From assembly GCA_011049425.1 (NCBI GenBank), contig DSBM01000141.1, positions 62,969 to 126,968 on the forward strand: 64,000 nucleotides of DNA, given 5' to 3'. Shown here piece after piece: positions 48,708 through 58,185 of the stretch. The stretch's first letter is position 1; the number at the start of each line of letters is the position of its first letter. The position numbers and the translations under genes are program-made. The notes under the pieces are model-generated. The model saw nothing but the letters and a program-made list of their open reading frames with translations, was not told the DNA's origin and did not search any database. Origin of the DNA: Candidatus Aminicenantes bacterium. GTDB taxonomy: Bacteria; Acidobacteriota; Aminicenantia; UBA2199.

Positions 48708-48986
48708 CTAATCCCGTTGCCCGGTTTTGCGGATTACATGATAACCGAACCTGGTTTGCACCACGGGGCTGATGCCGCTGTTTGCAAGTTTTTGTACGGC
48801 ACGCTCAAATTCGACGACCATTTTTCCCGGCCCGAACCATCCCAAATCTCCACCTTTGGATTTGCTGGGGCAGGTGGAATATCGCCGCGCCATGTCGGCA
48901 AAAGGGGCGCCGGCTTGGATTTCGCGACGAATCCTTTCCGCCAGGTTGCGGTCTTTCACCAGAATGTGACTGGCTCTCCACTCCAT
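48708..48986 (-). CDS. ppiC: Parvulin-type peptidyl-prolyl cis-trans isomerase (PpiC-like)
   Basis: 92 aa. ASHILVK...CPSKSKGGDLGWF...GYHVI signature. Confidence 0.85.
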   Translation of the reverse strand: MEWRASHILVKDRNLAERIRREIQAGAPFADMARRYSTCPSKSKGGDLGWFGPGKMVVEFERAVQKLANSGISPVVQTRFGYHVIRKTGQRD

Positions 48987-48995
48987 GGTCGACTC

Positions 48996-49502
48996 CTACG
49001 GTGAAACCGGCGCTTCCCCATTTTCAGCGTGTTGCCGGATCCAGGACTCGAGCAGGGGCTTTTCCGGATCCCGGGGAAACAGCTCCAAGGCGCGACGGGC
49101 CCATGCGGCGGCTTCTCTGTGATTCCCATCCCGGTGAGAGGTGGCGGCCAGGTTTTTAATGGCGACAACAAACCGGGGATTCAACTCCACGGCCCTGCGA
49201 AAAGCCGCGGTTTCCTTTTCGCGCATGGCTGGATCACCGGTTTGATTGTACCGGAAACGATAGGCCATGCCCAGGAGATTGTAGGTCACCGCATTTTCGG
49301 GCTCTTTCTCAACAGCTTGTTGGTAAGCGCTTGCCGCCTGTGCGTATCTTTCGGCCTTGAAGTGTTCAACCCCCTGCTGAATCCAATCCTGAGCTGATTT
49401 TTGAGACTTTGTGCAACTCCATGAAGTGAAAAGGATGGCCGCCATTGCCCAGCAAAAACAACTTAAGCGCCACAGCTTGTCAAAAGCTTTTAACTTCTTC
49501 AT
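48996..49502 (-). CDS. TPR-repeat protein with N-terminal signal/lipoprotein-like sequence
   Basis: TPR helices (AASAYQQAVEKEPENAVTYNLLGMAY...). Confidence 0.55.
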   Translation of the reverse strand: MKKLKAFDKLWRLSCFCWAMAAILFTSWSCTKSQKSAQDWIQQGVEHFKAERYAQAASAYQQAVEKEPENAVTYNLLGMAYRFRYNQTGDPAMREKETAAFRRAVELNPRFVVAIKNLAATSHRDGNHREAAAWARRALELFPRDPEKPLLESWIRQHAENGEAPVSP

Positions 49503-49620
49503 ATCGTTCCTCCACTCAAAAAATCACCCCCGTTGCACCCTGGCGCGCTTTTCGCCAAAACATTTTCGCTCTCCGGGGACCGGGACTCCATCCTGTACGG
49601 CGTTTAACTGATCCCTGCGT

Positions 49621-52236
49621 TCATTTTTTGATATCGTCTTTCCATGCGGATCGCAGCAAAGCGTTAAACAGGAGTTTGTAGGTTCCATGACTCTGCGCAC
49701 GGCTCTGGGGACGGAATCCAAACAGGACAATCCTGCCTTTGCCGTACTCTAAATCCACGAGGGCGGCTTTGCGGGCAAGGTGAGATTCTCCCAGCAGCCA
49801 CCCGCTCTCCAGAATTTCCCTTTCGGGATACCGGGCCACCACTCTCCGCTGCCAGGGTTGACGGGGAATCCAGGTCGAAAAGGCCGGACTGTCTGAAAAC
49901 ATCACTGCCGCTTTTTTTTGCATTCCCAGACCCAGGGGATGCTCGATATCCACTTCGACTCCAAGAATGGACATGGGACAGAAAAACTTGTCGCGCTTCA
50001 GCCCTTTTAAAATATTGCGGACCGGGGGTTCAAACTCCTTTAGAACCAACTCTGAAGAGCGGTTCAGGCAAACCAAGTGACCTCCCTGGCGCACGAATTT
50101 TTTTAAAGCCTCTATGCCCTGTTTTTTGATTCCGCCCTGGTATTCGGGCGGGAGAGGAGAATAATACCGTTTCCAGGGCGAATCAGGGGCCGGCTCGCCT
50201 TTCACAATCAAATCTTTGCTTTCCGACGGCAATACAATGACATCGAAATCAGTATTCAACCCGTTCTTTCCCTTCGGGCTTGAGATCTGCTGGTTGTGCA
50301 GGGTCTGGAAACGAATGCCGGCATCGTCCAGCATGAAGCGGGTCCAACCTTCGTCCATGCTGGCATTCCAGGACTGGTACACGCCGATACGAGGAAAAAC
50401 CAATTGCACCATTCCGGCGCGAAGCTCACCATCGCCAAAGCCGCAAGAAAAGCCCAGTGCCTGCTGCAACTTATCGATTTCCCGACGACTTTTTGGATTC
50501 AGGCGCACCAGGAAATCACCGCATTCAGCCGATTCCGGGCCCTCATTGCCTCCCGGTTCGGTTTTTCGCCATACCGTCACTCCGCCGTCCAGTAAAGCAA
50601 AAACCGCTTGATGAGCTGCATTTTCGCCGCCTTTCAACACAGCCCACACCTTCTCTTCCGGAATATCAACCCGGGGATCCGACACATCGGAAATCATCTT
50701 CATCTCGGCTGCAAATGGACCTTCCACCGGAATGCACTCCACTCCCATCTGCAGAGGCAAAGTCCACCCCGCATTGTCGTATGGGGGAATGGGCGGACCG
50801 CCCGGATACTGGCGCATGTCTGGATAACGCTGGCGCTCCAGCAGAGCCTGGGCATAAGGTTGATAAGGCTGATTCATGTTGATCACCCAGGTTCCCGCCG
50901 GCACCATTCGTTGCCCCGATTGCGAATCCGCAGTGATTTGATGAACTTCGACGCCTCCGAGCTGCAGGATGCGGAGCATGCGCCGTGCGGCTGGAGCATC
51001 GTGCTGAATATTCGGAATCAGGAACGCGGTGACTCCATTTTCTCTTTGGCCGTCGACCGCGTCTTTGCACATGCGGTAGAAATTCATTAAAAACGATTGC
51101 CGATACAAAGCGGCGGCTTCGATCAAACCGAATGACAACGTGAGCTCGTAATCCACGATATCCCGCAAACGCCACCACCCACCCCTCCATGGATGGGGGA
51201 ACTGCATGCTCTTTTGATAATAACTGTCACTGATCTCACCCGGCTCAACGTAAACCGGGGTCGCGATCTTCACGGAAGCCATTTCACTCAGGATGCCGAT
51301 CGCATTGTGAAGCCAGGACGTATCATCGCAAGCACCGATCCACCATCCGGTAAAGCTGCGACCGTGTACCACTCCGGCCCGGTTCTCTTCTTCCAGGCGA
51401 TATGCCATATGGCTGCCGCAAAGGGCGATCCCCCGCCATACCAGCGGATGGACCGGTCCGGTGGGGGGGTCTTTAAAGGGAGGTATGAACAGGCGCGCCC
51501 CCGAAGAGCCCATCTGGTGTTCATCGATATGGATCTGGGGAATCCAGTCGTGGAAAAGAACCTGCATTAGCGCCCGTGTTTCCGGCAGGTTGCCCATGAA
51601 CCAGTCTCGGTTATTGTCATGTCCCGCATAGTGATGATATAGCCAGGGCATGCGTCCGCCGTCGTAAAGGGTTCCCCGATACTTTCTGTACCAGTCCGTT
51701 ACCATCTGAACACCGTCTGGGTTGATGGTGGGAACCAGCAACACGATTACTTTGTCCAATACGTCCTGACCGGGAAAAGGGGTTTTTCCCGTTGTCAGCC
51801 TCCAGGCGAGTTCCATGCTCATCTGTGACGCCCCGATCTCGGTGGCGTGCAGGCTGCAGGTGATCAGCAGGATGGTACGACCGGTTTGAGCCAGTTTCGA
51901 CGCATCCTCCCTGGTTAAGTCCCGGGCATCCCGCAGTTTCCGGACAATTTCACGATAGTGGTCCATGTTTTTCAGGTTGGCCGGCGATGAAACAACGGCC
52001 ATGACCAGTGGACGCCCCTGAACGGTTTTTCCGATTTGGAGCAATTGCAGGCGTTCCGACTCTTTGTCCAGAATGCGAAAGTACTCCAGAATCTGAGCGT
52101 AATCCGCAAGTTTTCCGTCCTGTCCGACCTCATGACCCAAAAAATCGTTTGGTGAAGTTTGGGCATTCAAAGTCGGCACAAACGCTAACAGGCATAACGA
52201 AAACAACAGGCAAGCCGGAAGGTGTTTCATCTGCAT
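49621..52236 (-). CDS. Secreted M14-family zinc carboxypeptidase-like protein (about 870 aa, long C-terminal extension)
   Basis: Signal peptide (MQMKHLPACLLFSLCLLAFVPTLNAQ). HxxE (SLHATE), NPDG and a later His-containing segment as in M14. Start at the ATG at 52236 with a GGGAG RBS. Confidence 0.55.
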   Translation of the reverse strand: MQMKHLPACLLFSLCLLAFVPTLNAQTSPNDFLGHEVGQDGKLADYAQILEYFRILDKESERLQLLQIGKTVQGRPLVMAVVSSPANLKNMDHYREIVRKLRDARDLTREDASKLAQTGRTILLITCSLHATEIGASQMSMELAWRLTTGKTPFPGQDVLDKVIVLLVPTINPDGVQMVTDWYRKYRGTLYDGGRMPWLYHHYAGHDNNRDWFMGNLPETRALMQVLFHDWIPQIHIDEHQMGSSGARLFIPPFKDPPTGPVHPLVWRGIALCGSHMAYRLEEENRAGVVHGRSFTGWWIGACDDTSWLHNAIGILSEMASVKIATPVYVEPGEISDSYYQKSMQFPHPWRGGWWRLRDIVDYELTLSFGLIEAAALYRQSFLMNFYRMCKDAVDGQRENGVTAFLIPNIQHDAPAARRMLRILQLGGVEVHQITADSQSGQRMVPAGTWVINMNQPYQPYAQALLERQRYPDMRQYPGGPPIPPYDNAGWTLPLQMGVECIPVEGPFAAEMKMISDVSDPRVDIPEEKVWAVLKGGENAAHQAVFALLDGGVTVWRKTEPGGNEGPESAECGDFLVRLNPKSRREIDKLQQALGFSCGFGDGELRAGMVQLVFPRIGVYQSWNASMDEGWTRFMLDDAGIRFQTLHNQQISSPKGKNGLNTDFDVIVLPSESKDLIVKGEPAPDSPWKRYYSPLPPEYQGGIKKQGIEALKKFVRQGGHLVCLNRSSELVLKEFEPPVRNILKGLKRDKFFCPMSILGVEVDIEHPLGLGMQKKAAVMFSDSPAFSTWIPRQPWQRRVVARYPEREILESGWLLGESHLARKAALVDLEYGKGRIVLFGFRPQSRAQSHGTYKLLFNALLRSAWKDDIKK

Positions 52237-52420
52237 GAGTTCTCCCAGCGGGAACCAGCTGTGAAAAGTCCCGCAATTCCAAATTGTAAGGGAAAAAGAC
52301 GAGGCTTGGCAATAGCGATTCATGGCGTGCCTTCAACCAGGTGAGAACAAACAGTTGGAATGGAACGTATTTTCCAGGTGGGAAACCACAGATCACAATG
52401 TCTTTCCAGGAGGTGCCGAT

Positions 52421-52741
52421 ATGATTGTTACCACCACTCCCTCCATTGAGGGCAAAAAAATCCGCGCTTACCTTGGCCTGGTTACAGGAGAGGCCATTAT
52501 GGGAGCCAATCTGTTCAAAGACCTGTTCGCGGGAATCCGCGACCTGGTGGGAGGCCGTTCAGCCGCTTACGAACGGGAACTGGGCCGGGCACGCCAGGTG
52601 GCGTTAAAAGAACTCGAGGAGCGCGCCGCCGCCCTGGGAGCGGACTCGATAGTGGGTGTGGATATCGACTACGAAGTGTTGGGCCAGAACAACGGCATGC
52701 TGATGGTGTCGGTCAGCGGAACCGCGGTCAAAACCGCATAA
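52421..52741 (+). CDS. YbjQ/UPF0145-family protein
   Basis: 106 aa, [14 protein letters not shown]...GANLFKD...[14 protein letters not shown] signature. Confidence 0.8.
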   Translation: MIVTTTPSIEGKKIRAYLGLVTGEAIMGANLFKDLFAGIRDLVGGRSAAYERELGRARQVALKELEERAAALGADSIVGVDIDYEVLGQNNGMLMVSVSGTAVKTA

Positions 52742-52749
52742 GACTTTTT

Positions 52750-52892
52750 GGTTCTCTTCCATTTTGTGTGGGTTTTGTGGGTCTGGAGTTTATTATTCTT
52801 CGAAAAAAGAGAAAGACTGCAGTAGAGTACCCTCTCCACAACCCCTCGCCAATCATTAATGCGGGCTTACCCACACTAAATGGAAGAGAACC
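52750..52892. repeat. Inverted repeat with 24-bp arms (1 mismatch) around a 95-bp spacer, flanked by T/A runs on both strands
   Basis: GGTTCTCTTCCATTTTGTGTGGGT (52750-52773) pairs with ACCCACACTAAATGGAAGAGAACC (52869-52892). CTTTTT precedes and CTTTTTT follows. Lies between convergent ybjQ and a small minus-strand ORF. Confidence 0.5.
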
Positions 52893-52898
52893 ACTTTT

Positions 52899-53102
52899 TT
52901 AAACCGCGTTGCCGCTATCAAGGGCCGAGGCCGCCATGTAAATTGATCCGGCCGCCGCCGCGACCACTACGGTCACGGCAACCATCGCTGACAACCATCC
53001 CGAAATAAAGTTTGGCGGCAAAAGTTCCGCCATGATTCGCAATACTCCGGGAATCAAGATGGCTCCGCACCACAGAATTCTTTTTTTTTCACAAGGCTTC
53101 AT
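52899..53102 (-). CDS. Hypothetical small membrane protein (about 67 aa, two hydrophobic segments)
   Basis: ORF with an AGGAGG-like RBS before the ATG at 53102, and a hydrophobic C-terminal half (WLSAMVAVTVVVAAAAGSIYMAASAL). No recognisable family. Confidence 0.2.
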   Translation of the reverse strand: MKPCEKKRILWCGAILIPGVLRIMAELLPPNFISGWLSAMVAVTVVVAAAAGSIYMAASALDSGNAV

Positions 53103-53152
53103 TTCCCCTCCTCTCTGCATCGGGATTAAGCCCGAGGCTTCCCCTCCTCAAT

Positions 53153-54295
53153 ATGCCGGACGCCGGGCGTTTTGTCAATTCACAAAGGTTCCTGCCGTGT
53201 GTGGTGGACGCTGGGTTTCAAATCGGCTACAATCCATTTGAGTCGCAAATGGGTCCCGATAACCAACAACATATCCAATTGCCAAGCCGGCTGGTTCTGG
53301 AAGACTACAGCGAAATCCAGAATCAATTGCGCAAACTGAACCCCGGGCGGCCGGTGTCGCTGGATTTCTCCCGGGTTGAACAGATGGATTCCACCGGTGC
53401 GGCCATAATCAGTCACTTGACGCGTACGCGGCCCGACATTCGCATGCATGGACTCTCCCCCCGTCTGAAACGCATGCTGGATGTGTTTACCGGCAGCGAT
53501 GCTCCCGCTCCCGACTCCGGAGAACCGGCAACCGACCTTCCCCAGCCAAACTGGTACGATTCAGCAAAGCAATTCCTGGTACTCATGGCCGATGAATTTG
53601 CTCATATCTGGCATTACCTTTGGCGGCGACGCGGAGTGTACCCCGGTGAGATCCGCCAGCAACTCTACCATATGGGGTATGGCTCCTATTGGATTGTCAG
53701 CATCATCACTTTCCTGGTGGGCGTCACCATCGCCCTGACCACGGCCAAGCAACTCAATGATTTCGGGGCGAACATATTTCTGGCGGACGTGGTGGGATTC
53801 GGCATGATTCGTGAACTGGTTCCGCTTATGACCGGCATCATTCTGGCCGGAAAAGTAGGCGCGTCCATCACCGCCGAGATCGCCTCCATGAAAGTGCTGG
53901 AGGAAGTGGACGCCCTGCACACCATGGGCCTGAACCCTGAGAAATTCCTCATGGTTCCGCGGCTCGTCGCCATCGGCCTGGCGGTTCCCCTCCTTGTCGC
54001 CGTGGCGAATATCGTGGGAATTTTCGGCGGCATGCTGGTGGGAAAATTCTATTCCGGAATCTCTTTCAAAGCCTTCTACGACGAGATGCTGACCATTGTG
54101 GAACTGGAAGACCTGCTGATCGGTCTGGGCAAAACCATGGTTTTCGGCTGGGTCATCGTGATCAGCAGTGGGTTTAAAGGATTCTCCGTATCCCGCGGCG
54201 CGCTGGGGGTGGGAATCGCAACCACGGAATCGGTCGTGTTGTCCATTTCCCTGATTATCGTGCTGGACAGCATATTCGCACTTTTGCTGTATTGA
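53153..54295 (+). CDS. mlaE: MlaE/Ttg2B-family ABC permease with N-terminal STAS (MlaB-like) domain fusion
   Basis: N-terminal STAS-like segment (LDFSRVEQMDSTGAAII), then the MlaE permease core (five TM helices, conserved ...LVPLMTGIILAGKVGASITAEI...). The real start may be the ATG near 53252. Confidence 0.8.
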   Translation: MPDAGRFVNSQRFLPCVVDAGFQIGYNPFESQMGPDNQQHIQLPSRLVLEDYSEIQNQLRKLNPGRPVSLDFSRVEQMDSTGAAIISHLTRTRPDIRMHGLSPRLKRMLDVFTGSDAPAPDSGEPATDLPQPNWYDSAKQFLVLMADEFAHIWHYLWRRRGVYPGEIRQQLYHMGYGSYWIVSIITFLVGVTIALTTAKQLNDFGANIFLADVVGFGMIRELVPLMTGIILAGKVGASITAEIASMKVLEEVDALHTMGLNPEKFLMVPRLVAIGLAVPLLVAVANIVGIFGGMLVGKFYSGISFKAFYDEMLTIVELEDLLIGLGKTMVFGWVIVISSGFKGFSVSRGALGVGIATTESVVLSISLIIVLDSIFALLLY

Positions 54296-54296
54296 A

Positions 54297-55064
54297 ATGA
54301 GACAGGAAACCATTGTTCAAACCCGCGACCTGACGATTGGCTACCACGGAACCGCGGTGGTTTCACACATCGACCTAACGGTAAAACGCGGCCGCATCGT
54401 TGTCGTGCTGGGAAAAAGCGGTTGCGGCAAATCCACGTTGCTGAAAACCATGATCGGCCTGCTGCCCCCCATAGCCGGTTCAGTTGAATTCGACGGGCGC
54501 CCGGTCGATTTCAGCTCAGAACAGTCCCTGCAGCGGCTTTTTGGCCGCATCGGTGTATTATATCAGAGCGGTGCCCTGCTGAATTCCCTCAACCTGTACG
54601 AAAACATTGCATTGCCCATCACCATGCATCATCCCGCCATCAGCCACGAGATCCGCAAAGAGATGGTAACCAATCGCTTGCACCAGGTGGGTTTGGCCCC
54701 GGAGTTGGCGCGTTATCCCGCCGAACTCAGTGGGGGGATGCGAAAGCGGGCCGCCCTGGCGCGCGCCATGATCCTGGATCCGGAAATCATTTTTTGTGAT
54801 GAACCGTCAGCCGGCCTTGATCCCATTACCGCCGCCGGCCTGGATGAATTGATGCTCAACCTGAAAGAGTTGCTGGGAATCACTTTCGTGGTCGTCACCC
54901 ACGAACTGCGATCGATTGAACGCATCGCTGATGATGTGTTGGTGATGCAGCAAAGCAGAATCCGCTTCAACGGGTCTTTTCAAGAGTTGAAAAATACATC
55001 TGATCCATTTGTACGGGCGTTCTTTCTCTGGGGCAATGCGAATAACAAGGGAATCTCACCATGA
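54297..55064 (+). CDS. mlaF: ABC transporter ATP-binding protein, MlaF-like
   Basis: Walker A (GKSGCGKST), ABC signature (LSGGMRKR), Walker B (ILDPEIIFCDEPSAGLD). Confidence 0.85.
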   Translation: MRQETIVQTRDLTIGYHGTAVVSHIDLTVKRGRIVVVLGKSGCGKSTLLKTMIGLLPPIAGSVEFDGRPVDFSSEQSLQRLFGRIGVLYQSGALLNSLNLYENIALPITMHHPAISHEIRKEMVTNRLHQVGLAPELARYPAELSGGMRKRAALARAMILDPEIIFCDEPSAGLDPITAAGLDELMLNLKELLGITFVVVTHELRSIERIADDVLVMQQSRIRFNGSFQELKNTSDPFVRAFFLWGNANNKGISP

Positions 55065-56008
55065 TCACAAAGGAACAAAAAAACCGCTTGCACATATTTC
55101 TGGTTGTTTCCTCGCTGCTTTTGATTGCGGCCCTGGGCGCATTTATCATTCCCCTGGTTCAACACCGTGGAGATCTGTATTCGATAAACTTTACCGGAAT
55201 TTCCGTAGGCGGACTGGAAAAAAGTTCCACGGTAAAATATCAGGGCGTACGTGTCGGCAACACGGAAGAGATCAACGTCAACCCGGATGACCTCAAATCC
55301 ATCCTGGTTACCGTGCGCATTCAGCGCCAATTCAAAATCAAGTCCGACATGAGAGCCAAACTCATGTTTATCGGCATTACCGGGCTGAAGTACATTGAAC
55401 TCTATGGAGGCAGCAACGAAGCCCCCTGTATCGCCCCCGGGGGCAGCATTCCCACTGAACCGGGCATGGGGGAAAAAGCCGAAGACATCGTGCAAAACAT
55501 TGATGAGGCGGTGAAACGCATCAACGTATTACTCAGTCCCCGCAATCAGCAGAATATCGAGGAATTTGTCGAGCATCTCAACAAAACCGCCACGGTATTG
55601 AGCGAAGTGTTTAACATTCGCCGCGTCAACCTCGAGGAATTGCTGATTCAACTGGACAGCGCTTCCGCAAATCTCGATCGTTCCACAAAGGAATTAAACC
55701 TTTTCATGGCCAACCTCAACCGCGCCCTGCCCGCGGATCGCCTGGATCGAATCGGCCGGGATTTGGAAAAATCACTTAACAGTCTTTCCCAACGCTTCTC
55801 GGCAAATGAATTCGGCCGCTTAATCCGCAATACCGATACCGGAGTTCAACGCATCAGCAACGCCATTGTGGAGTTGAAACACGAAATCGGCATGGCTGTT
55901 GAAATGATCCACGATGCCTTTGCCGACCTCAGATCGTTTACGCGCCGGTTGGACGAAGATCCCAATATCCTGATCCGCAAAAGCAAACGCCGGAGGTCCA
56001 AACCATGA
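55061..56008 (+). CDS. mlaD: MCE-domain substrate-binding protein, MlaD-like
   Basis: N-terminal TM anchor, single MCE domain, C-terminal coiled-coil extension. Confidence 0.8.
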   Translation: MITKEQKNRLHIFLVVSSLLLIAALGAFIIPLVQHRGDLYSINFTGISVGGLEKSSTVKYQGVRVGNTEEINVNPDDLKSILVTVRIQRQFKIKSDMRAKLMFIGITGLKYIELYGGSNEAPCIAPGGSIPTEPGMGEKAEDIVQNIDEAVKRINVLLSPRNQQNIEEFVEHLNKTATVLSEVFNIRRVNLEELLIQLDSASANLDRSTKELNLFMANLNRALPADRLDRIGRDLEKSLNSLSQRFSANEFGRLIRNTDTGVQRISNAIVELKHEIGMAVEMIHDAFADLRSFTRRLDEDPNILIRKSKRRRSKP

Positions 56009-56604
56009 AGCGCATCATTCCCGCTGTAATTGCCGTCGTCATGCTGTGGCTGGGATGTACCACCGCTACTGAAAAACGTTATTATCAACTGCACATCTCT
56101 CCACCGCCGCAGCCAATCAGCGTCACTCCTTTTCCGGGAACCATCTTGGTAAGCGATGCAATGGTTGATCAGATTTACGAAGGCTATCGACTGATATACC
56201 GGCTTTCGCCTTACCAGTTGGATTTCTATAACTACGAGTATTGGATAAAGAAGCCCTCTCAAATGATCCGTGAGGCCCTGATCAATTATCTCAACCAGCG
56301 CAATGTATTCGCCCGGGTGATCCAATCCGCCGCCGAAGCCGAACCGGATTGGGTCTTGCACAGCCGCTTAAACGCCATTGAAGAATGCGATCAGAGAGAT
56401 GTCTGGTTCGCCCGCCTCTCCATGTCCATCCGCATTACCACCCATGACGGTAAGCGTGTCCTGGCAGAACACCGCTTTGATCGCATGGATCGCCTCGCCC
56501 GCCGTGATTCGCGCCTGCTTCCCAGAGTCTTGTCGCGTATTCTTCAAACCGAGATGGATAAGGTGGTTGAAAAACTGCGCCGGTTATCACCTGTCGCCGA
56601 TTAA
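56005..56604 (+). CDS. ABC-type transport auxiliary lipoprotein (PqiC/YmbA-like, PF03886)
   Basis: Lipobox (LWLGC). Occupies the typical fourth position in Mce/Pqi operons. Confidence 0.65.
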   Translation: MKRIIPAVIAVVMLWLGCTTATEKRYYQLHISPPPQPISVTPFPGTILVSDAMVDQIYEGYRLIYRLSPYQLDFYNYEYWIKKPSQMIREALINYLNQRNVFARVIQSAAEAEPDWVLHSRLNAIEECDQRDVWFARLSMSIRITTHDGKRVLAEHRFDRMDRLARRDSRLLPRVLSRILQTEMDKVVEKLRRLSPVAD

Positions 56605-56703
56605 CACTCATACCACTTCTTTGCTTGCGCACGCAACTGCTTCGTAAAGAACCGATGCCCGGAAATTCTTGACAGCGTCGTCTATAGCGTTTAGGGTCTA
56701 ACC

Positions 56704-57153
56704 ATGCCCGAAAAAGGACCGACCCCGGCGCTTTGCGTTCGCGTCAACCGCATTGACAAGTTTAATCCCGTGCCGCCACAGGAACTGGTAAACATCTACC
56801 GCCACGCCGGCTGGCTGGAAAACCATGATGGCCGGAGCGGCGATTGGGTTCCCGGCCTTATCGCCGGCAGCCTGTGCTGCTTTGGTGCTTTTCACGAAAA
56901 GCGCCTGGTCGGTTTCGGACGCGCCATTTCAGACTCCATATCCGACGCCTACATTCAGGATGTGGTGGTGTACGATTCCTTTCGCGGACTCGGCTTGGGC
57001 AGGCGGATTGTGAATGCCATTCTGGAAGACCTTTGCAGCCGCAATATCGGCTGGATCGGGCTGATCTCAGCGCCGGGTACGGCGGAATTTTACCGCGGAC
57101 TGGGATTCAGCAGCCTGAGTGGGCATGTCCCCATGCGTTTTACCGGGAAATAA
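56704..57153 (+). CDS. GNAT-family N-acetyltransferase
   Basis: Acetyl-CoA-binding motif A (VVVYDSFRGLGLGRRIV). Confidence 0.75.
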   Translation: MPEKGPTPALCVRVNRIDKFNPVPPQELVNIYRHAGWLENHDGRSGDWVPGLIAGSLCCFGAFHEKRLVGFGRAISDSISDAYIQDVVVYDSFRGLGLGRRIVNAILEDLCSRNIGWIGLISAPGTAEFYRGLGFSSLSGHVPMRFTGK

Positions 57154-57157
57154 CCCC

Positions 57158-58063
57158 ATGCTGGTGGACGTTGCGAGTTTCTCCGCCTTTCATGTTTCAG
57201 ATAGCTTTCAATTCCATTCACTCCTGGACAAGTTTCCCACCGACAGCTCTCATTATAACTTCGCCGCGCTTTTTTGCTGGCAGGATACATACAACTCTTG
57301 CTGGCAAATCAATGACAACCATCTACTGCTCCTGAACGGCAAAACCCAAACCCTGTTGATGCCGTTGGGCCCTGAGTTGTCTGCAAACGATCTCTTACGT
57401 CTCTCTCAGAGCCTCCGATCCCAGGCATTAACGGGAACCATCGCAATGGTCCCCCCGACATATATCGAACAACACGCAGATCTGGAAAAGCATTTTTGCA
57501 TCCGCCCTGACCGGGACAATGCGGACTACATCTATTCCGCGCACAAACTGGCTGAACTCAGGGGTCGCAAATTGTCCCGCAAACGCAACCAGATTCATCA
57601 GTTTCTTTCCAACCATCCCCACTATGTCTGCCGTGAACTTCAACCGGAGGAATGGCCCCGCTGCCGCCAACTCGCTGCTGAATGGAGCCACAAAAGACAC
57701 GATGTCGCTTTGCACGAGTCTCCTGAATACAATGCTTTGCAAAGAGCCTTTCAAAATTGCCGTGAACTCGGTATCCGCGGCTTCGGTTTGTTTGTTGCTC
57801 AAAAACTGGTCGCTTTCTCGATCTGGTCGCGCCAGAACCGCGACACGGCCACCGTGCATTTTGAAAAGTTTGACCCTGCAGTGAAAGGCGCGGCACAAAT
57901 GATCAACCGCGAAACCGCGCGGCACCTGATATCATGGGCTCGATGGATCAATCGTGAACAAGATCTGGGTATTGCCGGTTTGCGCCGGGCCAAGTTGTCG
58001 TACCTCCCGGACCGGTTGTTGCTGGGGTTCACGGCATATCCCCGTAATCCAGCGTCTCAATGA
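57158..58063 (+). CDS. DUF2156 / LPG-synthase C-terminal-domain-like protein (FemABX-like acyltransferase fold)
   Basis: About 300 aa resembling the MprF C-terminal domain family (PF09924). The ATG lies 4 nt after the GNAT stop. Confidence 0.55.
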   Translation: MLVDVASFSAFHVSDSFQFHSLLDKFPTDSSHYNFAALFCWQDTYNSCWQINDNHLLLLNGKTQTLLMPLGPELSANDLLRLSQSLRSQALTGTIAMVPPTYIEQHADLEKHFCIRPDRDNADYIYSAHKLAELRGRKLSRKRNQIHQFLSNHPHYVCRELQPEEWPRCRQLAAEWSHKRHDVALHESPEYNALQRAFQNCRELGIRGFGLFVAQKLVAFSIWSRQNRDTATVHFEKFDPAVKGAAQMINRETARHLISWARWINREQDLGIAGLRRAKLSYLPDRLLLGFTAYPRNPASQ

Positions 58064-58082
58064 AAGGATCCCGCGCAGTTGC

Positions 58083-58111
58083 TTGACAACCTGTGCGGAT
58101 CATCCCATAAT
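58083..58111 (+). promoter_or_regulatory. Candidate sigma70 promoter (TTGACA-17 bp-CATAAT) for the bactofilin gene
   Basis: -35 at 58083-58088 and -10 at 58106-58111. An 8-bp-stem hairpin (GGTATCGG...CCGATACC, 58119-58151) in the 5' UTR, then an AAGGAG RBS. Confidence 0.45.
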
Positions 58112-58185
58112 GCCTTTCGGTATCGGAACCGACCCGAGGAGAACCGATACCAACCTGGGACCCATTCAAAAAAAAGGAGACAATC

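Noticed and set aside
52750-52892. Possible CRISPR or IS terminal repeats
   Set aside because: There is only a single inverted pair, not a direct-repeat array, and no transposase or cas ORF nearby. It is better described as a hairpin or MITE-like inverted repeat.
53561-54313. 250-aa minus-strand ORF
   Set aside because: It is antisense within the mlaE permease. The product is His/Gly/Asp-rich and not plausible.
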